DNA of 64,000 bases from Legionella sp. Its GTDB lineage: Bacteria > Pseudomonadota > Gammaproteobacteria > Legionellales > Legionellaceae. The notes under the pieces were generated by a model. It was not told where the DNA came from, ran no database searches, and saw only the letters and a list, made by a program, of their open reading frames with translations. The position numbers and the translations under genes were made by a program. Positions 9,520-21,192 of the stretch are shown here, in pieces. Where the stretch lies: NCBI RefSeq assembly GCF_047605385.1, contig NZ_JASGFU010000002.1:19419-83418 (forward strand), given 5' to 3'. Position 1 is the first letter of the stretch; the number at the start of each line of letters is the position of its first letter.

Positions 9520-10710
9520 CTAACCATTAACCGCTATAATAAGCAATCCACTGGCAATCAAAGCGATTAATGCCAAGCTAAGATTTCCTCCAGGCACTAA
9601 ATGACTGTCAGGAGCCACACTTACTTTTCTACCTCTCCAAGCCATAAAGGCAGGAAGTAATAATAATAAAATCACACAGCAAATACCTGCATAGCTTAAA
9701 GCATTTAAATAAATACCAGGGTAAAAAAGGACTACTGCTAAGGGTGGGAGAAAGGTTAAGATTAAGGTGTATTTTCTTTGAATGCCAGATTTTTGTAATT
9801 TTAAACCATCGGCTAAAAAGTCAAATAAGCCTAGCGATACTCCAAGAAAGGCCGTGAGCATACAAATGGAAGTAAAAAAGCCAAAAAAGCCGCTGATCCA
9901 TTGATTTTGTATGGATCGGCTTAAAGCTTCAGTTAAGCCACTGGTGGCATGCTCTGAATTCATTAAAGCTATTAAACCATGCTCGCCTTCTCGCGATATA
10001 ACGCTCATAATCACTCCATCCCAAACAATGTAACATGCTAGGGGGATTAAGGAGCCTAGCAGAATAACACGTCTTAAAGCATGTGTATCATCAACAAAGT
10101 AGTCTCTTAGGCTTGGGATGATGGTTGCATAGCCAAAAGAGGTGATTAGTATCATCAAAGTGCCAGTAAACGCACGTGCAGAACCACCGGCTAATTCTGT
10201 AGGGGAAGTGTGAGGGCTAATAATGACTACCAATAGTAAATAGATGCCTAATTTGCCAAACATTAAGCCACGATTGACATAGTCTACAGAACGTATGCCT
10301 TTATAAACGATAAAGCCAAATAAAAGAGTAAAGATAATCGCGGTAAGACTGTTAGGAAGATTGATATTGGCTTTATGCAATAAACTGCTGAATACATCAG
10401 TACCGCCAGAAATATAAGCTGAAAGTAAAGTATATAATAAAAATAAATAAGTGATCCATGCGATGATTTGTCCAGGTAAGCCTAAGGTGCTTTTGGCCAT
10501 GGAAATCATATTACTGCCTGTTGGGAGGCGTAAATTAACTTCCAGGATGAGCAAAGCGCCTGCGGTCATCACCAACCAGCAGAAAAAAAGGAAAAAAATT
10601 GAATTAGTAAATCCTACTTCTGCTGTGGATACAGGTAAAGCAAGCATTCCACCACCTATGGAGGTTCCGACAATCAGCAGAATACCACCAAGCAGTTTTG
10701 AATTGATCAT
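9520..10710 (-). CDS. aromatic amino-acid permease, HAAAP family (TyrP/Mtr/TnaB-like), copy 1
   Basis: MINSKLLGGILLIVGTSIGGGMLALP N-terminus, about 11 TM segments. ATG at 10710 is preferred over the TTG at 10725 used by the ORF track. Confidence 0.8.
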   Translation of the reverse strand: MINSKLLGGILLIVGTSIGGGMLALPVSTAEVGFTNSIFFLFFCWLVMTAGALLILEVNLRLPTGSNMISMAKSTLGLPGQIIAWITYLFLLYTLLSAYISGGTDVFSSLLHKANINLPNSLTAIIFTLLFGFIVYKGIRSVDYVNRGLMFGKLGIYLLLVVIISPHTSPTELAGGSARAFTGTLMILITSFGYATIIPSLRDYFVDDTHALRRVILLGSLIPLACYIVWDGVIMSVISREGEHGLIALMNSEHATSGLTEALSRSIQNQWISGFFGFFTSICMLTAFLGVSLGLFDFLADGLKLQKSGIQRKYTLILTFLPPLAVVLFYPGIYLNALSYAGICCVILLLLLPAFMAWRGRKVSVAPDSHLVPGGNLSLALIALIASGLLIIAVNG

Positions 10711-10794
10711 TATGATGTAACCCAAATTGTTTAATTATTGAACACAATGGTATATTGTTTTTCACACGAAGTCAATGATGACATGAGACTCTGT

Positions 10795-11985
10795 CTAAGG
10801 CCATAACATATAAACTTCATGCGCTAAAAGAGCAAACGAAACCAGCATCACCATGTATTGAGTTATTTTGCCACCTGGAACAGTAAAGACTGCCTGGTGA
10901 TTTTTTCTGCCAAAATAACACATAAGTGCAGGAAGTAATAGTAGCAAAATAATACAAAAAATCCCTGCATAACCTAAAGCATGAATATAGGCGCCAGGGT
11001 AATAAATAACAATCAAGAGAGGGGGAGCAAAAGTTAATAGAAATAAACCAATACTGTAACCTCCTTCATCACGTAATTTTAAACCATCTGCTAAAAAGCT
11101 ATACAAGCATAAAGAAACACCCAAAAAGGCAGTAAGCATGCATATGGATGTGAAAAAATTAAAAAAAGCATTAATGGTAATACTTTGTACCTGCTGTGCT
11201 AATAAATCAGCAAGAGCACTCGTAGTATGTGGGTTTTGCATCAAGCTTTCCAGGTTTTGATTACCTTCAGCAGGAATGGCACCCATAATAATGGCATCCC
11301 AAGCTAAATAACAAAATAAAGGAATCAATGAACCTATAAAAATCACTTTTTTCAGGAGCTTAATGTCATCATCAAAATAGTCACGAAGATTAGGCACAAT
11401 AATGGCAAATCCAAAGGAAGTGATTAAAATCATGATGGAGGCACCAATATAACGCCAATGACCATGCTGAAAATGGCGAACATCAATATGGGGAGTAATC
11501 AGAATAACCAAAAGCACATAGATGGCTAATTTACCAAACATTAAGGCACGGTTTACATAGTCAACATAACGAATACCGCCATACACAATGAGGCCGAAAA
11601 GAAAGGTAAATAATAAACTCACTTGCCAATTGGCAAGTGTTACTCCCATTTTTAAGAGTAGGCTGTTTAAAACGTCCGCACCACCAGAAATATAAGCAGA
11701 TAGCAAAGTATACAGTAGAAATAAATAACTAACCCAGGCCACAAGAATGCCGGTATTCCCTAAGGTTGCAGCTGCCATGGATATCATATGTGTGCCGCGG
11801 GGAAGATAAAGGTTGGCCTCAAGAATAAAAAAAGCGCCCAAAGTCATGAAAATCCAACAAATAAATAGAAACAAGGAGGATTGCCAAAAACCTGTTGCTG
11901 CATTGGCAACTGGCAGGGCAAGCATTCCGCCACCTATCGATGTTCCTACAATTAAAAGAATTCCACCTAAAAACCTTGAATGCAT
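10795..11985 (-). CDS. aromatic amino-acid permease, HAAAP family, copy 2 (tandem paralogue)
   Basis: FLGGILLIVGTSIGGGMLALP N-terminus. Collinear with copy 1, with long identical blocks (YLFLLYTLLSAYISGG, SICMLTAFLGVSL). Confidence 0.8.
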   Translation of the reverse strand: MHSRFLGGILLIVGTSIGGGMLALPVANAATGFWQSSLFLFICWIFMTLGAFFILEANLYLPRGTHMISMAAATLGNTGILVAWVSYLFLLYTLLSAYISGGADVLNSLLLKMGVTLANWQVSLLFTFLFGLIVYGGIRYVDYVNRALMFGKLAIYVLLVILITPHIDVRHFQHGHWRYIGASIMILITSFGFAIIVPNLRDYFDDDIKLLKKVIFIGSLIPLFCYLAWDAIIMGAIPAEGNQNLESLMQNPHTTSALADLLAQQVQSITINAFFNFFTSICMLTAFLGVSLCLYSFLADGLKLRDEGGYSIGLFLLTFAPPLLIVIYYPGAYIHALGYAGIFCIILLLLLPALMCYFGRKNHQAVFTVPGGKITQYMVMLVSFALLAHEVYMLWP

Positions 11986-12007
11986 TAATACACCTTTTAC
12001 ACCATTA

Positions 12008-12721
12008 TTATTTCATTGCATAGTTAATTGGTTTTGTTAGCGGAGCGACACAACATAGCTTAGGTGTTCTCCCAATAAACCATTGGATTTCTACTCGTCG
12101 ATTCATTGCACTGGCATGAATCCATGCATTATCCGCAACGGTATTTTTTTCTCCATAGCCCTCAGTTTTGAGCCTTAGGGCATGAATGCCATTCGCCCAC
12201 AAATAAGTCATCATGCTTTCTGCTTGAGCTTGCGATAATAGATCTTTATGATGCTCGGTGCCAACATTATCAGTAAACCCAGCAACATACACTGGTTTAT
12301 CTGGGTAGAGTCGTAAGAGCGCGGCAATATTTTGTAAACTTTTATAACGTAATTCATTAAGCCTAGGACTGTTAAACATAAAGTACTTATCTGTTGGGAT
12401 AATAAGCGTCATTGTATCGCCGTACTGCACGAATTGAATATCGCATTTTTGTAATGCCCTAATAAGTCCACGTTTGGGGTTAGTTCCTGTACCTAATATG
12501 GCTCCAGTTACTCCTCCAATAGCGGTACCCGCTAATGCACCAGGTACTGTTCCAGTGGTTGCTGCACCAACAGCTGTTCCCATGGTAGCACCAATGGTTG
12601 CCCCGCGTAAGACGTAATTTCTTGGCCTGAAATTGTTGTAGGGTGGGTATGCACAACTACTCAGTAAGCAAGCGATTAGGCCACAATAAATGATTTGCGT
12701 TTTTAATAAATTGAGTGGCAT
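12008..12721 (-). CDS. OmpA-domain lipoprotein (peptidoglycan-associated)
   Basis: Lipobox LLSSC after MPLNLLKTQIIYCGLIA, a Gly-zipper segment (GATIGATMGTAVGAATTG..), and a C-terminal OmpA domain (..GFTDNVGT..NRRVEIQW). ATG 12721 with a GGAG RBS is preferred over the ORF-track start at 12826. Confidence 0.75.
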   Translation of the reverse strand: MPLNLLKTQIIYCGLIACLLSSCAYPPYNNFRPRNYVLRGATIGATMGTAVGAATTGTVPGALAGTAIGGVTGAILGTGTNPKRGLIRALQKCDIQFVQYGDTMTLIIPTDKYFMFNSPRLNELRYKSLQNIAALLRLYPDKPVYVAGFTDNVGTEHHKDLLSQAQAESMMTYLWANGIHALRLKTEGYGEKNTVADNAWIHASAMNRRVEIQWFIGRTPKLCCVAPLTKPINYAMK

Positions 12722-12872
12722 ATTCACTCCATAGTTTAGCGATTTTACCATTATTAAACATCTGGTTAATTTTCGCAATGCAGCAGCTAAGGACTTAGGC
12801 ATATTAAAGAAATTAAACCTGTCCATAAGTTTTTTTGAGAGGTTTAATTTGAGTTGGAATATAATTATTAAG

Positions 12873-13571
12873 TCAGTAAAAAATTAGGTCACTTGATGAC
12901 TCATCTTGTTCATAAGAGTTAGGAGTGTCAATCTGCTTTTGTAGTGGAGGCGGTTTAAAAAAATCAAGTAAGTATTTTTCATTGTTATATTCGTCATCAT
13001 GACGGCTTGAAGTCCTAAACTCCTTTATTGATTGAAAACATTTAGTGGCCGCTGCTAATAATAAACCACCACAGGTTATCATGACTGTAATGCCTAAAGG
13101 GGGTTGTACTAGCATCATTGGTAATGCAATAAGAAATATGGAGGCATACATTGATAAGGCAGCAGCAGCTGAGAAAATTAATTCTGCAATTTTATACAAA
13201 TCATAAAGAAGAACATCAAAATATCTTGACTGAATTGTGTTTAGGATCTCAGTTTTGGCATTTTTATATATTTTATCGACGTTATAAAAAAAACTCTGTT
13301 GTTCTGCAAATACCTTACTTACATCTGCAGCGTTATAATTACTCCAGATACTTTTTAATTTAGCAAGTAGCTCAATATAATTCTTATAAGTCTTAAGTAT
13401 TTTTTCTGATGTCTCATAGTGTTTTGATTTTCGCAAAGATAAATCATAATAATCTTGTATTTTTTTTATACACTCTTGTGCGTTTGGGTAGTTTGTTGCC
13501 GCAAATAAGTCGCTTAATTGAGTATGATAATTATTTAATTTATCAAACAGTGCATGTGTATTTTCAGGCAT
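12873..13571 (-). CDS. hypothetical protein with helical N-domain and TM hairpin (candidate effector)
   Basis: 232 aa. Two adjacent hydrophobic helices (..IFSAAAALSMYASIFLIALPMMLV..ITVMITCGGLLLAAA..). Acidic/Ser-rich C-terminus ..NSYEQDESSSDLIFY. No family recognised. Confidence 0.5.
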   Translation of the reverse strand: MPENTHALFDKLNNYHTQLSDLFAATNYPNAQECIKKIQDYYDLSLRKSKHYETSEKILKTYKNYIELLAKLKSIWSNYNAADVSKVFAEQQSFFYNVDKIYKNAKTEILNTIQSRYFDVLLYDLYKIAELIFSAAAALSMYASIFLIALPMMLVQPPLGITVMITCGGLLLAAATKCFQSIKEFRTSSRHDDEYNNEKYLLDFFKPPPLQKQIDTPNSYEQDESSSDLIFY

Positions 13572-13721
13572 GGTGATTCTCTTTATAAAATCAATGGGGT
13601 ATTTAATCTGAGCAATTCAACTTGCAATGAGGGTGGCAAGATGGCTTTATAACATAAATTTGCAAAGATACCAAGTGGATTGTTTTTTATTTGTACATTT
13701 TTATGGCTGGATTTTAGGTGT

Positions 13722-16253
13722 TCATTCATTAGTTTGATAGCGGCATAAATTACGGTAGTCACAATATTGACAGATGGCCGGTTGATCTGGTTGAGGAGGG
13801 CAATGACCTTGTTGAAACTCTTCTGCTAATAGGGTTAATTGCTGATGCCAGACAGTTCTGTATTCCTCCCATGCTTCTCCTTTTTTTAAGAAAGCAATCC
13901 CGGCAATGTCTTGTTTTTCTTCACTAAAACCACTACACTTAATTTTCCCTGTTTTTAGTTGCATTAATAGTAAAGCATTAATTTGCTCATCTAATAAAGC
14001 ATAAAGTAATAATTGTGGTTCTTTTGGTCGCTCTTCATTCCAAGGCTTGCTTCCTGGTAGGCTGCTTTTATAATCAATAACCCATTTCTTACCAGCAACT
14101 TGATCCAAACGGTCGACACGCACTTGAAAATCAAGTCCTGCGAAATTTATAGTGTACGATTGCTCAATAGCACCAATTTGAAATGGTATTCGTTGTTTTT
14201 CCCATTCCAAACAATTTTGTGCCAGATGTTTTAGGCGGGTATGTTCTATTTCTTGTAGCACCGTTGAAAAAGACTCTGGATGTTTCTGTTGTAATGTGGA
14301 TAAAACCGTATGAATGGTTTTTGCAATTAAACCATCTAGTTCTAGTCTATCCAAAGTGGATAAAGTCTGATGGTTTTTTATTTTTTGCCATAAAAGCTCC
14401 ATGATTTTATGAATAATTTGCCCTCGCTCTTTGGCATTGAACCCATCGTTAGTATAAGCAGACGCTTTAGCGCGTAAGCGATGCTCAGCAAAAGCTTTAA
14501 AGGGACATTTGGCTTGATTGGCCAATAAAGTCGTACCACCTGAAATGGTTTCATCAATCTTAAGTGCAATGGAGTAATTTTCTTCCTCACAACAGAGTTC
14601 CTGGTTGCTTGATTCTACTGCGATAGGCAGTAATTTAAATGGAGGATAATTTGCAATTAATGAACAGGGTAAATTAGGATTATCGCCTTGTAATTCGGCA
14701 AAACTGAATACTATCTCATCTGAACTATACTGAAAGCGTTGTAAGATTTGCTGAGCATAGTGTAGCTCACGCGCAGGCAGGCTGTGGGGCATGCTTAACT
14801 CGCGTTGTAGTTGCGGCGGGATAAAGGCAGACAAATGTACTTTTTGTGGTAAGCATTGATCAGTTAGGCCCATAACCCATAAACGATCGAACTCGCATCC
14901 TGAAGCTTCTAATAAACCGGAAACGTGAATGAACGCTCCAGTTTTTTGGGCCTGGAATATGGTCTGGTCTGCAAGGACTTTAATAGCAGTAAGTGCTTCA
15001 GTTTTTTTGAGGCAAGGATTTAAAATATAGAATAGTCGCAATTCGTCAAACAGCAGTGCAAAACGATTAAAACACTGATAATTTTCAGAGTTTAATCCAT
15101 AATCACCTGGAAAGCCTAAATCATTTAAGCGTTCTTGAAATAAGTCTATCCATTCATGCACACTGGCTTCTTTGGGATAGGCCTTAATTTTTTTTAATGA
15201 GGATGCAAGCCGCTCGGCGGCAGGTTCTAGGTCATGAATAAAAGCCTTTAGAGAAAACATTTGCTCTTCTAATAAAGTACTGTCTTGGAGATATTCCGAA
15301 CGTTTGATAAATTCCTTTTGCGAACCGCTAAGATAGGGGGATTGTAACAATAAGGCTGCCTGATGATGAGTCAGTTGCGTATCCTCTAAATTGAGCCAAC
15401 ATAGGGCATGGGCTACTAGAGGAAATTCACTAAGAGCTTGACCTAAAGAGATGTTAAATAACGCAGTATCAAAATGTTGTGCCAGTATTCTTTGTAGCAA
15501 ATGTGATTTTTGTTGTAAATCTGGGACTACAACCCCAATTTGGTGTGCTCCAGCATTAAGCTGTACCCGAATCCAGGCAATTAATTGTTGGTATTCTTGT
15601 TGGTCGTCTTTTGCAGCCAATAATTGTGGTTTGGTTGAACGCTCTGATAATTCATAACGGTACTGCTCTAATCCTAATGTGTGTAAATATTGCTGTAAAC
15701 TTTTTTGCTGCGGGCTAAAATCATCAAAGCATACCCAGACTATTGGGTGAGCAAATAATTGGCTCTTTGCTTGAATGAGATAAGGAACAAGTTGGTTTTC
15801 CGTGATTAAATGTCCTTGTTTTAATTGTTGATTGATAGATTGCCACCATTGTTGAAACTGTCTTGTTTGAGGGGTGTAGAAAAAGGATGCATCCTCAGAG
15901 TCTACTTGCCATTGTTCACACCATTCCCAAGCGCTGATAATGGAGTCAAGTAAACCTTCACTGTAGGTTAGTTGTGGGTGTTTTTTTATTGTATTACGCC
16001 ATAAATATTGGCTTTGGGAGGCATTTAATAAAATGGGTAAATTTATTTTGGGGTTTTGTAAAGAAAGTTCTTCATAAGCTTTAACAAGCATCACGCTATA
16101 AGGTAAGCATCTTGGTTTATTTATGGTTTTATCACCGCAATAGTTAAAATATTGCTGTATTATGGATTCACTCAGCCGATTATTGGGGGTAATAACAGTT
16201 ATTCCTTCAGCCAATAAGGCAAAAAGATGAGCTTTATCATCAAGAGTTCGCAT
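13722..16253 (-). CDS. AddB-type PD-(D/E)XK nuclease family protein (DNA repair)
   Basis: 843 aa. C-terminal RecB-like nuclease region (..RVDRLDQV..WVIDYKS..) bracketed by Cys in KCPFKAF and CQYCDYRNLC (C-x2-C-x5-C), matching the AddB iron-sulfur staple pattern. Confidence 0.7.
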   Translation of the reverse strand: MRTLDDKAHLFALLAEGITVITPNNRLSESIIQQYFNYCGDKTINKPRCLPYSVMLVKAYEELSLQNPKINLPILLNASQSQYLWRNTIKKHPQLTYSEGLLDSIISAWEWCEQWQVDSEDASFFYTPQTRQFQQWWQSINQQLKQGHLITENQLVPYLIQAKSQLFAHPIVWVCFDDFSPQQKSLQQYLHTLGLEQYRYELSERSTKPQLLAAKDDQQEYQQLIAWIRVQLNAGAHQIGVVVPDLQQKSHLLQRILAQHFDTALFNISLGQALSEFPLVAHALCWLNLEDTQLTHHQAALLLQSPYLSGSQKEFIKRSEYLQDSTLLEEQMFSLKAFIHDLEPAAERLASSLKKIKAYPKEASVHEWIDLFQERLNDLGFPGDYGLNSENYQCFNRFALLFDELRLFYILNPCLKKTEALTAIKVLADQTIFQAQKTGAFIHVSGLLEASGCEFDRLWVMGLTDQCLPQKVHLSAFIPPQLQRELSMPHSLPARELHYAQQILQRFQYSSDEIVFSFAELQGDNPNLPCSLIANYPPFKLLPIAVESSNQELCCEEENYSIALKIDETISGGTTLLANQAKCPFKAFAEHRLRAKASAYTNDGFNAKERGQIIHKIMELLWQKIKNHQTLSTLDRLELDGLIAKTIHTVLSTLQQKHPESFSTVLQEIEHTRLKHLAQNCLEWEKQRIPFQIGAIEQSYTINFAGLDFQVRVDRLDQVAGKKWVIDYKSSLPGSKPWNEERPKEPQLLLYALLDEQINALLLMQLKTGKIKCSGFSEEKQDIAGIAFLKKGEAWEEYRTVWHQQLTLLAEEFQQGHCPPQPDQPAICQYCDYRNLCRYQTNE

Positions 16254-16274
16254 GAATATGGGACGCCTTCATTT

Positions 16275-16847
16275 TTATTTTCGATGCATTGCATGGGCCT
16301 TCGCTTTATTGTGTGCGGTAACAAAACGGGGAAGACGCATGCTTCGTCGTTTATCTGTGTGTAAGATATCGTATACCAGCCAACCTCGTAAATAGACAGC
16401 AGCAATTCCTGCAGCAATAGCAAGCAAAAAGCCAAAGAGTACATAGCTGTATGCTAAAATTACGACATAAGTATAAGCTAACTCCTTAAAGTTAGTAATC
16501 GAAAATAAGAGTGAGCCTTCTTCACTCATGCCAAGCACTAAACCTAAGGCAAAAAATGGTAAGGAGGCAAGCACCATCGTAAAACCTATCCAAAATGTTT
16601 TGAACTTAAATGGTTTTGGACAATAGATGATTTGTTTACTACATAAGGCTCCTGTTGCAGAGGCTACAATCATTCCGATAAGAATTGCTTGATATAAGGG
16701 AATAATCTCTTTAATACCAAGAAATGTCAGCAGCGCATCAATAAGGATTGTGCCAACGACAGAAAGTAGGCCAAAATAAATAGCACCCAATAGCCGAGGG
16801 TTAGAAAAATAGAGCGCAGGATCATGTTTTTTCATGATGAACTCCAA
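16275..16847 (-). CDS. hypothetical integral membrane protein
   Basis: 190 aa, about 5 TM helices, basic C-terminal tail. No family recognised. Confidence 0.5.
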   Translation of the reverse strand: MEFIMKKHDPALYFSNPRLLGAIYFGLLSVVGTILIDALLTFLGIKEIIPLYQAILIGMIVASATGALCSKQIIYCPKPFKFKTFWIGFTMVLASLPFFALGLVLGMSEEGSLLFSITNFKELAYTYVVILAYSYVLFGFLLAIAAGIAAVYLRGWLVYDILHTDKRRSMRLPRFVTAHNKAKAHAMHRK

Positions 16848-17008
16848 AATTAATTGTATACTTATATGTACAATATTAGTACAATTTTGTCTGTTTAAAA
16901 TTTTTAATTTTAAGGCATGGGGGTAAATGCAGGGAATAAATAAAGCTATAACTAATTATTTAACCCGTATATACTAACTGAAAAATTACTATAGGAATCT
17001 ATGGTTCT

Positions 17009-17572
17009 ATGATACAAGCATTTGGGCGCTTTTTTTTAAAATTATTTGGGTGGAAAGTCGTTGGTGAGCTTCCCAAAGAGCAAAAATATGTTGTCGTAGT
17101 AGCTCCTCATACAAGTAATTGGGACTTTTGGGTGGGGTTATTTGCTCGTTTTTCAATAGGTGTTAAGATTAATTTCCTAGCTAAACGTCAGTTATTCTTT
17201 TTTCCTTTAGGAATTTTGCTACGTGTGTTAGGAGGCGCGCCTGTAGATCGCTCTAAAAAAAATAATAAAGTAGATAAGGTGGTTGAATTATTCAAACAAC
17301 GCAATACTTTTAAATTGGCTATTACTCCTGAAGGTACTCGCGGTCCGGTAATGCGTTGGAAAGAAGGTTTTTATCATATTGCGTGTAAAGCAAAGTTACC
17401 TTTAGCGATGGTGGCACTGGATTATGGTTCAAAAGAAATACGTATTCGTGAAGTATTTTGGCCTACTGGCGATATTAATAAGGATTTCCCACAAATTCTT
17501 GATTACTATCGAAAAATCGTTGGCTGTTATCCAAAAAAAATTCCTTATTACTTGCCTCATAAGAAAGATTGA
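17009..17572 (+). CDS. lysophospholipid (1-acyl-glycerol-3-phosphate-type) acyltransferase family protein
   Basis: HX4D motif in VVVAPHTSNWDFW and ..ITPEGTRG.. block. 187 aa. Confidence 0.7.
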   Translation: MIQAFGRFFLKLFGWKVVGELPKEQKYVVVVAPHTSNWDFWVGLFARFSIGVKINFLAKRQLFFFPLGILLRVLGGAPVDRSKKNNKVDKVVELFKQRNTFKLAITPEGTRGPVMRWKEGFYHIACKAKLPLAMVALDYGSKEIRIREVFWPTGDINKDFPQILDYYRKIVGCYPKKIPYYLPHKKD

Positions 17573-17578
17573 ACTCTA

Positions 17579-19144
17579 TTATGATTTCATAGGAGAGTTA
17601 ATTGGCAATTGAATTTTCCCATCTATGCCGTTGGCTGAAAATAAAGCGTCATTTTTATCGGATTGTTGTGCTTGAATTTTAATACGCGAAGCGATCGGTT
17701 TCTTTTTAGGTCCACATTTGTATAAAAAAGAATAAGCTATATCCCAACTCTTGGGCATAATACAAAAGCTTTGTTGCCCTGAGCGTCTATCAATAGAGAT
17801 TAATGTTGTGGTTAAAACAACAGGCAAGACATTATTTTTTTCTAAATTTATCCAGACATATTGACTTGGTTGAGTTAGTTTTTTAATACTATTCACGGCT
17901 TGTTTCAATTCCTTTCCATTGATTCCTATTTCTAATGAGCGAAAAGAAAAGTGCTGGATAGAGTAGATAGCCCACAATGACGCTGTACTGAATAAAATCA
18001 CTTGTATTGTTTTATGATTGATTTTACTGATTAAGATAACAGTGGAAATTGCGGCAGCGGCAGCATAAAATGCTGTTGCCCAAAAGAGAGGATATTTATA
18101 CACTAAAATATCTAATCCTCTAAAAGCATAAATCAAGGTTGCAGGTAATATGACTGCTAGAATTAATAACGGTAACTTAATAAGGGTTTTGTTTTTTGTT
18201 TTAAAAGCCATTAAAAAACAGGACGGAATAGTCAATAGTGACCAGTGCCAAAAGGAAGCAAGAAACGTCCAAACATCTGCAGTATGCACATGTACTTTGT
18301 TTTTTGTAAAATCAAAGTAGTGAGGTATCTCACCAGGCCAATTTATCCATGTGTTCATTGCAATCGGGAACATAAATAAAACGATGAGTCCTAGTGAAAT
18401 GAGTACTTGATATTTTTTCTTTTTCCAAAAAATAAGAATGGCTTCTTTGATTTTTAAAAAAGAATGGGGCTTATAAAGAAAATGAGGATAGAAAGACACA
18501 TTAGAGGAACTAAAAAAATAAACGAAGCATGCCCATGAATGAGCATTAAAAAACCCAGGGTTAAGATAGGTAAGCCATTCTTACTTATGCTGATACAAAC
18601 CAATTAAACCTGCGATAGCTAAAATAGTTGCTGTGACATATATAAAAGGCATCCAGGGATTTATAAAGAATAAGATGCCAATGTAATATTGATAAGTATC
18701 CATCATTAAACACGTAATGGCTATGGTAAGTAAAACAGATACCATAGCTTGCATGCGAGATTGAAAAAGATCGATAAAATTATTAAAAAGCAGTGCAATA
18801 GCAAAACTATTGAGTAATATAGTGGCGAGCATTTGAGCGGCAATAGGTGACTGAATGATTCTTATCCAGTCATAAAAAAACCATTCGCAAATTGCCATCA
18901 GTTGTAAAAAAAAGGGACCTGGGTGAAAAAAACCAACACGACTGTAATTTCCATGAAGTAAAGAAAATGATTTTGCATCCAAAATAAGCAAATCATTGGC
19001 AGCAAAATCATTAATTGGAACCAGATCAGGCGTAATAAGCAGCTGAAGCTGCATTAAAATAAAAAAGAACATCATGCAAAGAAAGGATAAATAAAAATCC
19101 ATTCTTAAAACTGGTGTTTTTAAATGATGATTAAGGCTATTCAT
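17579..19144 (-). pseudogene. polytopic membrane protein gene interrupted by a single in-frame TAA (ORFs 18581..19144 and 17579..18499)
   Basis: Both ORFs are in the same minus-strand frame. The only stop between them is TAA at 18581-18583. The 27 intervening codons are open and hydrophobic (EWLTYLNPGFFNAHSWACFVYFFSSSN). The downstream ORF begins only with GTG. Confidence 0.55.
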
Positions 19145-19292
19145 TAAGATTCCTTGAATTAAATTCTAATTTTGCCGAAAATAAAGGCATGGAATATGCG
19201 AATAATTAGCATAATAAACGTCAATTTTCTGGGCATTGGGTTAATTTATGATATATCTATAACTCCCGTTAAATTAACCCAAATGATAAAAC

Positions 19293-20573
<1,281 letters not shown>

Positions 20574-20589
20574 TTATGATGATTTTTAT

Positions 20590-21192
20590 TTAAAAACGTA
20601 CCGCCCCTAGTTTCATTAATGCCGTGGTTAGAGGCAGCAATGGTAAGCCTAAAATCGTATCTTCATTTCCTTCTACTTCTTTAAATAACCATTTTCCTTG
20701 CGTTTCAAATTGATAAGCTCCACAACTTTGATAGGGCTTTTCAGTTAATAAATAAGCTTCAATGGTTGATTTGTTTAAATGATGCAAGGTTACTTGTGCT
20801 ATTTCATGATGTTGCCACAACAAATTGCCATTCTTTGCAATGCATAGACAGGCAATTTGTTGATGCTTTTTTCCGCTAAGTAAACAGAGCTGTTCTACTG
20901 CTGTCACATGATTTAGTGGTTTATTAAGGCAGAGATCGCCAAGAAGACAGAGTTGATCGGCAGCAATAACAAAATGTTCTGGATGCTGCTGACTCACATC
21001 CAGGGCTTTACATGCGGCCAGAGCATAACCTAAATCAATTTTATTTGCAGAATGAAAAGAGGCTTTAATGGCATCTTCATCGCATTGCGAAGGAATGACT
21101 GAAAATTCTATGCCCAAGGACTGTAATAATTTAAAGCGTATGGCAGAGCCTGAAGCAAGGATGATCGGTTGTTGGTGAAGGAATTTAGACAT
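20590..21192 (-). CDS. maf: Maf-like nucleoside triphosphate pyrophosphatase
   Basis: IILASGSAIRFKLLQSLGIEF.. N-terminus, ..GAYQFE.. block. 200 aa. Confidence 0.8.
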   Translation of the reverse strand: MSKFLHQQPIILASGSAIRFKLLQSLGIEFSVIPSQCDEDAIKASFHSANKIDLGYALAACKALDVSQQHPEHFVIAADQLCLLGDLCLNKPLNHVTAVEQLCLLSGKKHQQIACLCIAKNGNLLWQHHEIAQVTLHHLNKSTIEAYLLTEKPYQSCGAYQFETQGKWLFKEVEGNEDTILGLPLLPLTTALMKLGAVRF

